This document shows positions 28,053-35,867 of a stretch of DNA of 64,000 nt, one piece after another; position 1 is the first letter of the stretch, and each line of letters starts with the position of its first letter. A model generated the notes under the pieces. The model saw nothing but the letters and a program-made list of their open reading frames with translations. It had not been told where the DNA came from and did not search any database. The position numbers and the translations under genes are program-made. Origin of the DNA: a virus; the IMG/VR virus record IMGVR_UViG_3300045988_108377, positions 1-64,000 of that record; one strand, given 5' to 3'.

Positions 28053-28241
28053 AATTTCGTATTCAAGTGTTTGCCATTAATGACGGCACTATTTATTATT
28101 TGCTTTCTTGTTCGTTTTGCAGAAGTTTGCAATTATGTTGCAAAGATAATCAAAAATACAATTATATACAAGTGTTTGATAAGTATTTTTGCAATTAACC
28201 TCAAAAATCTTTCATTTATCGGTATTTTTTGACTATCTTTG
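28053..28241. promoter_or_regulatory. divergent promoter/operator region (variant cassette C plus a plus-strand promoter)
   Basis: Minus-strand -7 TATCTTTG at 28141-28148, overlapped by the palindrome TTTGCAATTATGTTGCAAA (28126-28144). Further TTTGCA half-sites at 28116, 28187 and 28238. Plus-strand -7 TATCTTTG at 28234-28241. A GCAAATAATAAAT leader motif lies at 28091-28103. Confidence 0.6.
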
Positions 28242-28246
28242 CAGTA

Positions 28247-28372
28247 TTAAATATGAACTTTATTTAATTTTGTGTTCCGCCTAACGGCAGTTCATAATTT
28301 TGAATTTAAAGTGAAAATTTATTATTTGCATAAGAACGAGCTCGTCCGTGAGGATAAGCTCTTCTGTTTTTT
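28247..28372 (+). ncRNA. candidate ~125-nt anti-leader sRNA
   Basis: Bounded by a consensus plus-strand -7 box (28234-28241) and an intrinsic terminator (28333-28372). The longest ORF is 4 codons. Bases 28294-28330 (CATAATTTTGAATTTAAAGTGAAAATTTATTATTTGCA) are the antisense of the shared 5' leader, including its start codon. Confidence 0.4.
28333..28372 (+). terminator. intrinsic terminator (plus strand)
   Basis: Stem AGAA(C)GAGCT (28333-28342) / AGCTCTTCT (28357-28365), 9 bp with one bulge, followed by GTTTTTT (28366-28372). The minus-sense exit has no T run. Confidence 0.6.
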
Positions 28373-28446
28373 ATATGGGTATGGGCTCTATAATTTCTTT
28401 CTGTATCTTCTTCTGATAACATCATAAATGACGGTATCACTTATTA

Positions 28447-28620
28447 TCATACAACCTCCTTCTCTTTTACATCAAATGTAACACTTTCTAACTCGCCATT
28501 CTCCAAAGCACCCAAATCATACAAACGTCTTACGGCATTTTCTGCGCCTTCGGATGATGCTGCGTCAATCGAAACCTTGTAGGTGATTTTCTCTACAATC
28601 TCTACTACATACTTTTTCAT
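28447..28620 (-). CDS. small acidic protein (57 aa)
   Basis: Below the track cutoff. ATG at 28618-28620: MKKYVVEIVEKITYKVSIDAASSEGAENAVRRLYDLGALENGELESVTFDVKEKEVV. TGA at 28447-28449. Confidence 0.45.
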   Translation of the reverse strand: MKKYVVEIVEKITYKVSIDAASSEGAENAVRRLYDLGALENGELESVTFDVKEKEVV

Positions 28621-28645
28621 ATCAAATCATTTCTATCTTATAGTT

Positions 28646-28918
28646 TTATTTTACTTTATCGAGATCACATATTAAAACGTTTCCTACAATGATGTCTTGT
28701 CTACCTGCAGACTGGATAATATTTGTTACGAAGATATTCATAGGAAGACCTAATAATTTCCCTTCTTCATTGACTATTACAAGTCTGTTATCTCCGAGCC
28801 TGATAATCTCAATGTAGCCACCAACAAATCCATTAAGTTCTTCTAAGGAAAAGTCTGTGCCATTGGATGGGGTTACTTTTCTTCGCTCTCCATCCGTAGT
28901 GTAAAGTATTGAATCCAT
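28646..28918 (-). CDS. DUF3846-like protein
   Basis: 90 aa. The pattern ...LEELNGFVGGYIEIIRLGDNRLVIVNEEGKLLGLPMN... resembles the DUF3846 family common in phage/ICE accessory regions. This is from memory and needs a profile check. Confidence 0.5.
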   Translation of the reverse strand: MDSILYTTDGERRKVTPSNGTDFSLEELNGFVGGYIEIIRLGDNRLVIVNEEGKLLGLPMNIFVTNIIQSAGRQDIIVGNVLICDLDKVK

Positions 28919-28991
28919 ATTTTTTTATTATGCTATTTATATTTGAGAATCTTTGTTTCAAAAAAACATCCATGCATCATCTCTATACTTG

Positions 28992-29396
28992 TTAGCTTCC
29001 GTAGCCGGTAAACCTTCCAACTGCGGAACTGACGTTCTCGTTATGTACAGAACCTGGCTTTAGAAAATATTTATAATGTGAACTTCTCTCTAAGTTCTCA
29101 TGCCAACCAAATCCGTAGGCATCAAACTCTTTTCCGCACCATTCATGTGCGTAATAATATTCATTAGCGTGTATCTTCCCTTCTTTATGAAAACAGAAAT
29201 TGTAATAACAGTATTCTGCTGCCATGTCGGATTTGTTAGCCTCATAACGAGAAACTACGTCTTCTCGTTTCTTTTTGTATTCAGCCAACTTCTGCTGATA
29301 CTCTTCTTCCGTGTCGCAAAGATAATAATCTGTATCTGTCCAATGGCTTTCCCAATAGGAATTGGAAGACTGATGTATATGATAAATATTCTTCAT
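28992..29396 (-). CDS. hypothetical protein
   Basis: 134 aa, ATG at 29394-29396 in an ATGA overlap with the upstream small ORF. Rich in Tyr/Trp/His. Confidence 0.55.
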   Translation of the reverse strand: MKNIYHIHQSSNSYWESHWTDTDYYLCDTEEEYQQKLAEYKKKREDVVSRYEANKSDMAAEYCYYNFCFHKEGKIHANEYYYAHEWCGKEFDAYGFGWHENLERSSHYKYFLKPGSVHNENVSSAVGRFTGYGS

Positions 29397-29491
29397 TTCT
29401 TCTCTCCCTCCATCATTAAAAGTTTGTGTTCTTCTTCGCTGTCACCAACATGGCCAAAAGACTTGATAAGATTGAAATTTGAATTTCTCAT
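29393..29491 (-). CDS. very small ORF (32 aa)
   Basis: ATG at 29489-29491 after GGGAACAATT: MRNSNFNLIKSFGHVGDSEEEHKLLMMEGEKK. The longer track version 29393..29581 overlaps a better ORF. Confidence 0.3.
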   Translation of the reverse strand: MRNSNFNLIKSFGHVGDSEEEHKLLMMEGEKK

Positions 29492-29504
29492 AATTGTTCC
29501 CTTT

Positions 29505-29669
29505 CTATTTTTTAAGATTAAAATTGTATAATAATGCCAAATGGCTATCGTCCAACTCTCTCCAATCATCAACCGTGTCAAGATAAGCCTTGACTTTTGA
29601 AATTGTAATAGGAACTGATGGGTAGGCAGAACGGAATCTGCGAAGCATGTACTCAGAAAGTGTCTCCAT
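29505..29669 (-). CDS. small protein (54 aa)
   Basis: Below the track cutoff. ATG at 29667-29669, 2 nt after the upstream stop: METLSEYMLRRFRSAYPSVPITISKVKAYLDTVDDWRELDDSHLALLYNFNLKK. Confidence 0.45.
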   Translation of the reverse strand: METLSEYMLRRFRSAYPSVPITISKVKAYLDTVDDWRELDDSHLALLYNFNLKK

Positions 29670-29671
29670 AA

Positions 29672-30103
29672 TTAATCCTCCTGGTCTAATTTATTGTACT
29701 CATTATATTTAATTTCTATATTGTGTAGGAAGTTCTTCATCTCTGACTGTAACTTATCCAGCAAGTCTTTATTGGAAAGAAACACACCCAGAGCAATATA
29801 ATACTTAGCTTTACTATTAGTACTATCTATATCAATACTGGATGCTGCGTCTATTTCTGTTGCGAACTCAACATTTCCATGGAATCCGCATTTGCATTCA
29901 TTATACACGACAGTCAACTCTCTGTTCTCATCGCAAGTTAAGGCAAACTTGACTTTTATCTGATTGCGAGAATCTTGAACGTTCACAAACTTCCAATCAG
30001 GGCACACAGAAACTATATTTTCTACAAGTCCACCGAACTGGTTAAACAAGTTCTTAACCTCGTTCTTGATTTCGTTCTTTCTTAATTCAATAGTTGTATT
30101 CAT
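29672..30103 (-). CDS. hypothetical protein
   Basis: 143 aa, ATG at 30101-30103 after ...TATAAAGATT. It has its own non-cassette promoter (TACTTTTG at 30154-30161, minus). Confidence 0.55.
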   Translation of the reverse strand: MNTTIELRKNEIKNEVKNLFNQFGGLVENIVSVCPDWKFVNVQDSRNQIKVKFALTCDENRELTVVYNECKCGFHGNVEFATEIDAASSIDIDSTNSKAKYYIALGVFLSNKDLLDKLQSEMKNFLHNIEIKYNEYNKLDQED

Positions 30104-30239
30104 AATCTTTATAATTTTAATTGGTTCAACTTGTAAGGTAGGCTCTGAATAGTCAAAAGTACTACCTTTATCTATATGAAAAGGTACGAAAAATATTTGA
30201 TATATGCTTGATTTTAACTATGATTTAAGACAAATCCTG

Positions 30240-30677
30240 TTAATCGAAGTCATGTGTTGCAGAAAACACATGCTCATTATATTTTTTAAATATCTCCTCC
30301 GATGAGAAATCACTCCTTTTTAGATTTAAAGGCATGTTTAGTCTCATAAAGGCCTCATAGCTAAAATATGGGAAACAATCTGATATGTCTTCGCATTCAG
30401 GAAGAGGAACGTTCTTCTCGCAGAAGTCAATGAGCTCCAGCTGTTCCTTGCTACCTTCCTCAAAAGCATCCACTATAAAATACTCAGTGCAAGAGTATTT
30501 GTTAGTATCGTAACGCTTCTCGCTGCCAATCTCCTGCAAATGCTTATTTATTATCTCTGCGCATTTAGCGTTATACAGAGCGAAATACTCTTCCTGCATT
30601 GTTTGTAAGGTGCGATACTCTTTTTTGGTTGCTACTTCCTTTGCAATAGCCAACTCATATTCTCTAATCTTGTTCAT
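30240..30677 (-). CDS. hypothetical protein
   Basis: 145 aa, the first gene behind cassette E. Confidence 0.55.
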   Translation of the reverse strand: MNKIREYELAIAKEVATKKEYRTLQTMQEEYFALYNAKCAEIINKHLQEIGSEKRYDTNKYSCTEYFIVDAFEEGSKEQLELIDFCEKNVPLPECEDISDCFPYFSYEAFMRLNMPLNLKRSDFSSEEIFKKYNEHVFSATHDFD

Positions 30678-30795
30678 AATCTTGAATGTTTAAAGTGAAT
30701 GTTATTTGTTTATTATTTACACTACAAAGATAGGTATTTTTCATCAAATATGCAAGTAAATGACAGATTAATTTTATCAGAAACGAAAGATTTTT
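30678..30795 (-). promoter_or_regulatory. promoter-leader cassette, copy E
   Basis: -7 box TATCTTTG at 30725-30732. The leader GTAAATAATAAACAAATAACATTCACTTTAAACATTCAAGATT is followed by the ATG at 30675-30677. Confidence 0.75.
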
Positions 30796-30800
30796 ATGAA

Positions 30801-30840
30801 CAGAAAATGAGGGAGTACACCTTGATAGATGTGCTCCCTC
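30801..30840 (-). terminator. intrinsic terminator (minus strand)
   Basis: Stem GAGGGAG..CAC / GTG..CTCCCTC (30809-30840) followed in minus sense by ATTTTCTG. Confidence 0.55.
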
Positions 30841-31018
30841 TTACGGAACTTTAATTTGTAAATAATAAAACAATCACTCTTGATTATGGCCGTATGTTCC
30901 GTATAAGAAGGAGCTGGCGAAATCAACTTGAAACAATTCTATTAATCATTTAAAGGACATTCCTTAATGCCCCAATTTTAAATTTACTAAAAACATGATG
31001 CCAGCTCCTTTATGTCTA

Positions 31019-31267
31019 TCAATCTATTCTTACGACAAGACGGCCTTTTGCTAATCTCCTCGTTCCTACATAACCACTATCGTTGCTTTTGATGTTGAAG
31101 ACAATAGTCTTGTCGGTTTCCTTGACAATTCCCAAGATAGTTTCTTTTTTGCCGTAATTCCACATCGTTACGTCACCACTCTCTAATTCTGCAGCTCTTA
31201 CCGCAGGCTTGATGCCAACTCCTTGTAAGTGTAATGTTTCCGTCGCTAAATCGGTTTTGTACACCAT
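31019..31267 (-). CDS. hypothetical protein
   Basis: 82 aa, followed by an unusually structured ~180-nt 3' region. Confidence 0.55.
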   Translation of the reverse strand: MVYKTDLATETLHLQGVGIKPAVRAAELESGDVTMWNYGKKETILGIVKETDKTIVFNIKSNDSGYVGTRRLAKGRLVVRID

Positions 31268-31270
31268 ACC

Positions 31271-31696
31271 TCAGTCCTCCATTATATTGATGTATTCTTG
31301 CTTTGCTTCCTCGTAGACTTTTGCTTTGTGCTTGTTGGAGAGGAATTTCTTTACATTGAACCCGAGTGCCTTTATTCCATCCTCAAAGTTCCATGTGTAA
31401 CCGCATTCATGGTTCCAGAACTCATATTGCAATGCACTCTTCAAGCCATCTTCGGTAGAAAGAAAATCTATCTTTTCTTTCTTGTGCTTTGTCGTGAGAT
31501 TGTCAAACTCTGCCTCGTCTGACTTGCGGATGTAGCATCCACAACCTATTGAAAGAATCTTTTTCAGGTCTTCCTTGTTAGTGGTCAACCCCCATTTCTT
31601 CATCATTTCCTCGAAACTCTGTTGAGTAAATGCTGCTCCTATTGGAAAGCTATTTAACTCTTTGCTTTGCCTTGCCTTTAATTCTGCGTATGTCAT
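31271..31696 (-). CDS. hypothetical protein
   Basis: 141 aa. No motif recognised. Confidence 0.55.
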   Translation of the reverse strand: MTYAELKARQSKELNSFPIGAAFTQQSFEEMMKKWGLTTNKEDLKKILSIGCGCYIRKSDEAEFDNLTTKHKKEKIDFLSTEDGLKSALQYEFWNHECGYTWNFEDGIKALGFNVKKFLSNKHKAKVYEEAKQEYINIMED

Positions 31697-31699
31697 AAT

Positions 31700-32002
31700 T
31701 TAATTCTCCTTTACTCCGTAAATGTTATTCTTCTTGAAACTCTCCTCTTCATCCTTTGATACGAGGGAAATAATAACGGTGTCGTAAGTGTTATATAATG
31801 GAATATCGCCAACTTTCGTTACCTTTATCAAAAGGAATTCTGTGCGATGACGGCAAGTCATTTGAACCTTATAGCCTGCATTGTTGGCTCTTTCCATAAG
31901 GCTTTCGAAAGAACAACTTTGTTTTACAAACGGCTTTTTGTTCCATGAAGTATAAACAACCTTGTTGCTAACCTTTGCTGAATTTGAATTATTTGTTGCC
32001 AT
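31700..32002 (-). CDS. hypothetical protein
   Basis: 100 aa, the first gene behind cassette F. Confidence 0.55.
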   Translation of the reverse strand: MATNNSNSAKVSNKVVYTSWNKKPFVKQSCSFESLMERANNAGYKVQMTCRHRTEFLLIKVTKVGDIPLYNTYDTVIISLVSKDEEESFKKNNIYGVKEN

Positions 32003-32117
32003 AATCTTGAAAGTTTAAAGTATTATTGTTTATTATTTACATTACAAAGATACAAACAACTTATCAAATACGCAAATTTCTTGCAAGATATTTTAGTCAA
32101 AAATGAAAGTTTTTTTG
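32003..32117 (-). promoter_or_regulatory. promoter-leader cassette, copy F
   Basis: -7 box TATCTTTG at 32045-32052. Leader GTAAATAATAAACAATAATACTTTAAACTTTCAAGATT + ATG. Confidence 0.75.
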
Positions 32118-32122
32118 CTTGA

Positions 32123-32150
32123 ATGGAGGTGAGATTTCTCCCACCTCCAT
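32123..32150 (-). terminator. strong hairpin, putative terminator/insulator upstream of cassette F
   Basis: 12-bp stem with one mismatch, ATGGAGGTGAGA / TCCCACCTCCAT, loop TTTC. No clear U tract on either exit. Confidence 0.45.
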
Positions 32151-32178
32151 GTGCAATAAAACAACTCACATTTCATAA

Positions 32179-33801
32179 TTACTTCTGTGTCTTGAGCGTT
32201 TCGATGTATTTTTCCATTTCAGCTGTTTTCTTGGCGCATACATCCATCGCTTTTTGGGTAATCTCTCCAAGATCGTTCGGGAATTGCTTCTCCATTAACA
32301 TGCCGAGCATTCCTGCCAAGTCATGTGAGTAACACACAGACCTCTCTGATAGAATCGCCTTGATAAACTCTCGTTTGATAGAATTGCGGTTCTTCTCGAT
32401 GATAGCAACGTTCTTTTTGAATGAGGTTTCTGTGTTCTCCCATTCCATACCGATTTCTTTCTTGAAGGCCTGTGGAACAAACTTCATGAGGACAGCATGG
32501 AATATCTTTGTCTCGTCTGCTGACAATGGAGTGTTGAGTTTTGAGTACTCGCTCTTGGCTAAAGTCTCACGGTAGCCTTCGGTAATTTCCTGTCTGGCTT
32601 GCTCCTTGTAGCGTTGAATCATTGTCTTGCTCTCGCTAATTTTAGCCTTTTTGTCGATGGCAGTCTTTATCTCTTCTTCTGAGGCTCCTTTTGGTGCCAT
32701 GAAAGAATACTTAATTTCTCCAGAAAGTTTGCCACTGAAACATACCTCATAAACCTTTTCTGTTGTACCATCTGCCAAGTTGCTATCAAAGACCGCCTTT
32801 GCCTTGTCGTAGTTATCCTTGCGAACTCTGTAGTTTTCCTCATCAGAGAACTTTGTCTTGTCTGGCTCTACTAAAGGGTACACGTAGCTTCGCTTGGTAT
32901 AATCCTTCAATTCGATACCGGCATCATGCGCTGCCTTGATGATGTCTTCGCAGCCGTCACCCTTGTAGATACATGGCAGACCGCTCCGCTTTGCCTCACG
33001 GAAGATGAACTCTTGGGTTTTCTTATTGAAACATGATGGGTTCATGCAGCGGTCACGGCCCTCGTTGTATTCCTCAGGCTTGTTCTTTGTGTTGAGAGGA
33101 CAGCCCTCACAGTTCTTGCCACATGAGAAACTTTCGTCGAGCAACGAAAAACGTGCAGTATCAAGATACTTCATCACGCACTCATCAATCCATTCGTGAA
33201 GTACGTCCATAGGAAGAATCTTTCTCGTCCAACGTTCAATACACTCTGGTGTGAACTTCTCCATGTAGAGGGTTTCTTGTTGTCCCTTTGTGAGCTTGCA
33301 AATATCCAGAAGGTGGACAAGGTAAAGCGTTCCATTTCGCATCAGGTCAATATAACCTTGTGTGATGTTAGAGAGATTGATTCGGCTGATAACGTATGAG
33401 GAAGACTTACCAAGCATTTTGGCAATTTCCTTCACCTTCATGGTTTTGTCTTTCGTGAGCTTCGAGAATGCGGCTGCTTCCTCAATAGGGTCTACGTCTT
33501 TTCGTTGTAAGTTCTCGATAATCATGGCTGCAAACGCTTGCTTGTCGTCGAGATCCGTGCGCACGATGGCTTGAATTTCTTCCATTCCTGCGAGCAATGA
33601 TGCTCGGTATCTGCGCTCTCCGCATACGATTTCATATTTCTTACCACTCTCTTTTGGAGCCTTACGGATGGTGATAGGCTGTATCAGACCGTTCTCCTTG
33701 ATGTTATCAGCTAATTCCTTAAGGCTTTCCTGGTCGAAAGTCTTACGTGGGTTCAACGAACTTGGGCAAATGTCTGCCAACGAAATAGTCTTTACTTGCA
33801 T
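32179..33801 (-). CDS. parB: ParB family protein (canonical GERR type) with a long C-terminal extension
   Basis: 540 aa. LADICPSSLNPRKTFDQESLKELADNIKENGLIQPITIR...IVCGERRYRASLLAG, then an HTH-like KVKEIAKMLGKSSSYVISR. No ParA gene is adjacent. Confidence 0.75.
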   Translation of the reverse strand: MQVKTISLADICPSSLNPRKTFDQESLKELADNIKENGLIQPITIRKAPKESGKKYEIVCGERRYRASLLAGMEEIQAIVRTDLDDKQAFAAMIIENLQRKDVDPIEEAAAFSKLTKDKTMKVKEIAKMLGKSSSYVISRINLSNITQGYIDLMRNGTLYLVHLLDICKLTKGQQETLYMEKFTPECIERWTRKILPMDVLHEWIDECVMKYLDTARFSLLDESFSCGKNCEGCPLNTKNKPEEYNEGRDRCMNPSCFNKKTQEFIFREAKRSGLPCIYKGDGCEDIIKAAHDAGIELKDYTKRSYVYPLVEPDKTKFSDEENYRVRKDNYDKAKAVFDSNLADGTTEKVYEVCFSGKLSGEIKYSFMAPKGASEEEIKTAIDKKAKISESKTMIQRYKEQARQEITEGYRETLAKSEYSKLNTPLSADETKIFHAVLMKFVPQAFKKEIGMEWENTETSFKKNVAIIEKNRNSIKREFIKAILSERSVCYSHDLAGMLGMLMEKQFPNDLGEITQKAMDVCAKKTAEMEKYIETLKTQK

Positions 33802-33915
33802 AATCTTTTGAATTTAAAAGTGAATGTTTATTTATTATTTGCACTACAAAGATACAAAGTATTTATCAAATACGCAAACTTTTTGGCATTTATTTTATAC
33901 TATATGAATGTTTTT
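33802..33915 (-). promoter_or_regulatory. promoter-leader cassette, copy G
   Basis: -7 box TATCTTTG at 33847-33854. Leader GTGCAAATAATAAATAAACATTCACTTTTAAATTCAAAAGATT + ATG. Confidence 0.75.
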
Positions 33916-33962
33916 TTGTCTCTGATTTATAGTTATATATTTGTATTAGTTAAAGTCTTTCT

Positions 33963-34589
33963 TTAGTCTATCCAGCTCAGAACTTTCTTTTGAGCTTCGT
34001 CTTTCCATGAGTTGAATACATAGTCGTTGATGAAATTCTCGTAGGAAAATACCGTACACGTATCATCAAACTCGGAGACAAAATCTATATCCTTCTCGTT
34101 ATATTCCATTGGCATGATTATCCCCTTGAATTTCTCACCATCTACCAGTACAGATTTCAATCTGTCATAGAAAGAAAAGGTCTGCTCCTTTCCAAAGAGT
34201 GAAACCGTTTTTAGAAAACGTAGCAATGTGTTTACGTTCAGTCCGACACCACATATAACAACCCGGTCTATATCCAAAGCTGATGGTTTCTTGCAGTGCC
34301 ATATACAAGCGTTCTTCAACTGCTCTACGTCAATCTGTATTTCTGTATGTTTGGCATTCTCGGATGGTAACACAGAATCGACATTAGGGTATTTTCCGTC
34401 TTGTTCAGTTCCTTCTAAAAGAATTGTCTTTCCTGCTAAACGAACGCTACCTTCGTTATAGATAATCAGCAAGTGCCCATCACAAGCGTAGCAACGTTCT
34501 TCCTCAAAGTGTATGCCGTTCATGATTGGTTTCAACTCGTTTTTAGCACAGATATTGTCATACATAGACTTAATAATCTTTTTATCCAT
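33963..34589 (-). CDS. DNA polymerase III beta-clamp-like domain protein (tentative)
   Basis: 208 aa. ...ELKPIMNGIHFEEERCYACDGHLLIIY... and ...DGKYPNVDSVLP... resemble DnaN signatures (P.L.GV..., TDGHRL, G.FPDY..VIP). Weak by-eye call. Confidence 0.4.
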   Translation of the reverse strand: MDKKIIKSMYDNICAKNELKPIMNGIHFEEERCYACDGHLLIIYNEGSVRLAGKTILLEGTEQDGKYPNVDSVLPSENAKHTEIQIDVEQLKNACIWHCKKPSALDIDRVVICGVGLNVNTLLRFLKTVSLFGKEQTFSFYDRLKSVLVDGEKFKGIIMPMEYNEKDIDFVSEFDDTCTVFSYENFINDYVFNSWKDEAQKKVLSWID

Positions 34590-34594
34590 ATCTA

Positions 34595-34846
34595 CTAAAT
34601 TTTTTGTTTATAACAATGAATCGCTTTAATACTATCCGTGTCAATGAAAGTTCCTCCTTCTTTTTTCTTGACAATGATTGCTTCTAAATCTGGGTCATAA
34701 CTAAACCCTTCGTTACAATAAGGTCTTATCTCTGTTGAATTCCCCATCCCGCCAGTTCCGTTAATGGTAATAACAATTCTATCGTTGAACTTTGCGCACA
34801 ACTTAACTGCGTATTCTATAGCTTGTCTTACTAACTTTGGATTCAT
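34595..34846 (-). CDS. hypothetical protein
   Basis: 83 aa, ATG at 34844-34846. Confidence 0.5.
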   Translation of the reverse strand: MNPKLVRQAIEYAVKLCAKFNDRIVITINGTGGMGNSTEIRPYCNEGFSYDPDLEAIIVKKKEGGTFIDTDSIKAIHCYKQKI

Positions 34847-34858
34847 ATTCTTTAAAAC

Positions 34859-35134
34859 TTAATATGCGTATTGTGTCTGCATGAACACTCTCATTAACTC
34901 ATCTTGCTCTTCAAAGTAGCAATACATGTCATAATTTGATATTGCATCATCTACACCAGAAGCCTCTGAATCTATCAAGGCATATTTCTTTTCAAGCTTT
35001 TCTACTGCCTCCCAAGTCTCCTTGCAAGGATGCTCCTTCAAATCATGCTCAGCCCCCTGTAAGTCTTGGTTCAGCAACTCCATTGCTTTCTGCAACTCAA
35101 TCTTTCTTTTCTTTAAATAACTTAATGGTCTCAT
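34859..35134 (-). CDS. hypothetical protein
   Basis: 91 aa, the first gene behind cassette H. Confidence 0.5.
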   Translation of the reverse strand: MRPLSYLKKRKIELQKAMELLNQDLQGAEHDLKEHPCKETWEAVEKLEKKYALIDSEASGVDDAISNYDMYCYFEEQDELMRVFMQTQYAY

Positions 35135-35246
35135 AATCTGTGAATTTAAAGTGAATGTTTATCTTATTATTTACATTACAAAGTTAAGCATTTTTCATCA
35201 AATACGCAAATATTTGAGCAATTATTTTTATCAGATATGAAAGATT
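35135..35246 (-). promoter_or_regulatory. promoter-leader cassette, copy H
   Basis: -7 box TAACTTTG at 35179-35186. Leader GTAAATAATAAGATAAACATTCACTTTAAATTCACAGATT + ATG. Confidence 0.7.
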
Positions 35247-35372
35247 TTACGACTCTTCTTGCCAGTCTTCACAGCCTTCGTTGCGGTCAACTTCTTTTTG
35301 ATGGTGCTCGCAGTACCATCTATGGTAACCGCAAGCGCTCATGTTGTTACAATAATAGCAAATCTTTTCCAT
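35247..35372 (-). CDS. small Cys-rich protein (41 aa)
   Basis: Below the track cutoff. TAATG overlap with the upstream stop at 35372: MEKICYYCNNMSACGYHRWYCEHHQKEVDRNEGCEDWQEES. Confidence 0.45.
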   Translation of the reverse strand: MEKICYYCNNMSACGYHRWYCEHHQKEVDRNEGCEDWQEES

Positions 35373-35860
35373 TATTTCAAAACAACTAAACGATACCCTT
35401 CTCTCTTTGCCTCAGAACCTAAAATGATATTCATTTCCTTCTGTGACACATAAACAGTTATTCTTCCATACTCATCTACGAACTCATGATAGGTGTCGCA
35501 AAGGGTCTTGGCTATTTGCGAATCCTGGAAGTAGAAGAAAAGAAGATCACCTTTCTTCTCGCAAACAAGCGGCTCATCCCATTCGTTCTCCTTGATGTGA
35601 GCATTTCCGTAGCGAACGAGGAAATCTGCCATGTTGAATGCCGTGGCTCCTTTGCTGATAGCTGCATAAAGGAACATACCTTTTGATTCTTCCTTGTCTT
35701 GTTTGCAGCAGTCTGCCTTTACGATAAGACTACAATTGCCTGCCCAATTAGACCAGCCAACTACATAGTTGTAGAATGTACTACCATCCATCATCTTTTT
35801 GATGTTCTTACAATCTTTCTCACTGAAGTTTCCGAGCTTTTCAAAATACAATTCTTCCAT
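35372..35860 (-). CDS. hypothetical protein
   Basis: 162 aa. No motif recognised. Confidence 0.55.
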   Translation of the reverse strand: MEELYFEKLGNFSEKDCKNIKKMMDGSTFYNYVVGWSNWAGNCSLIVKADCCKQDKEESKGMFLYAAISKGATAFNMADFLVRYGNAHIKENEWDEPLVCEKKGDLLFFYFQDSQIAKTLCDTYHEFVDEYGRITVYVSQKEMNIILGSEAKREGYRLVVLK

Positions 35861-35867
35861 GATTCTA

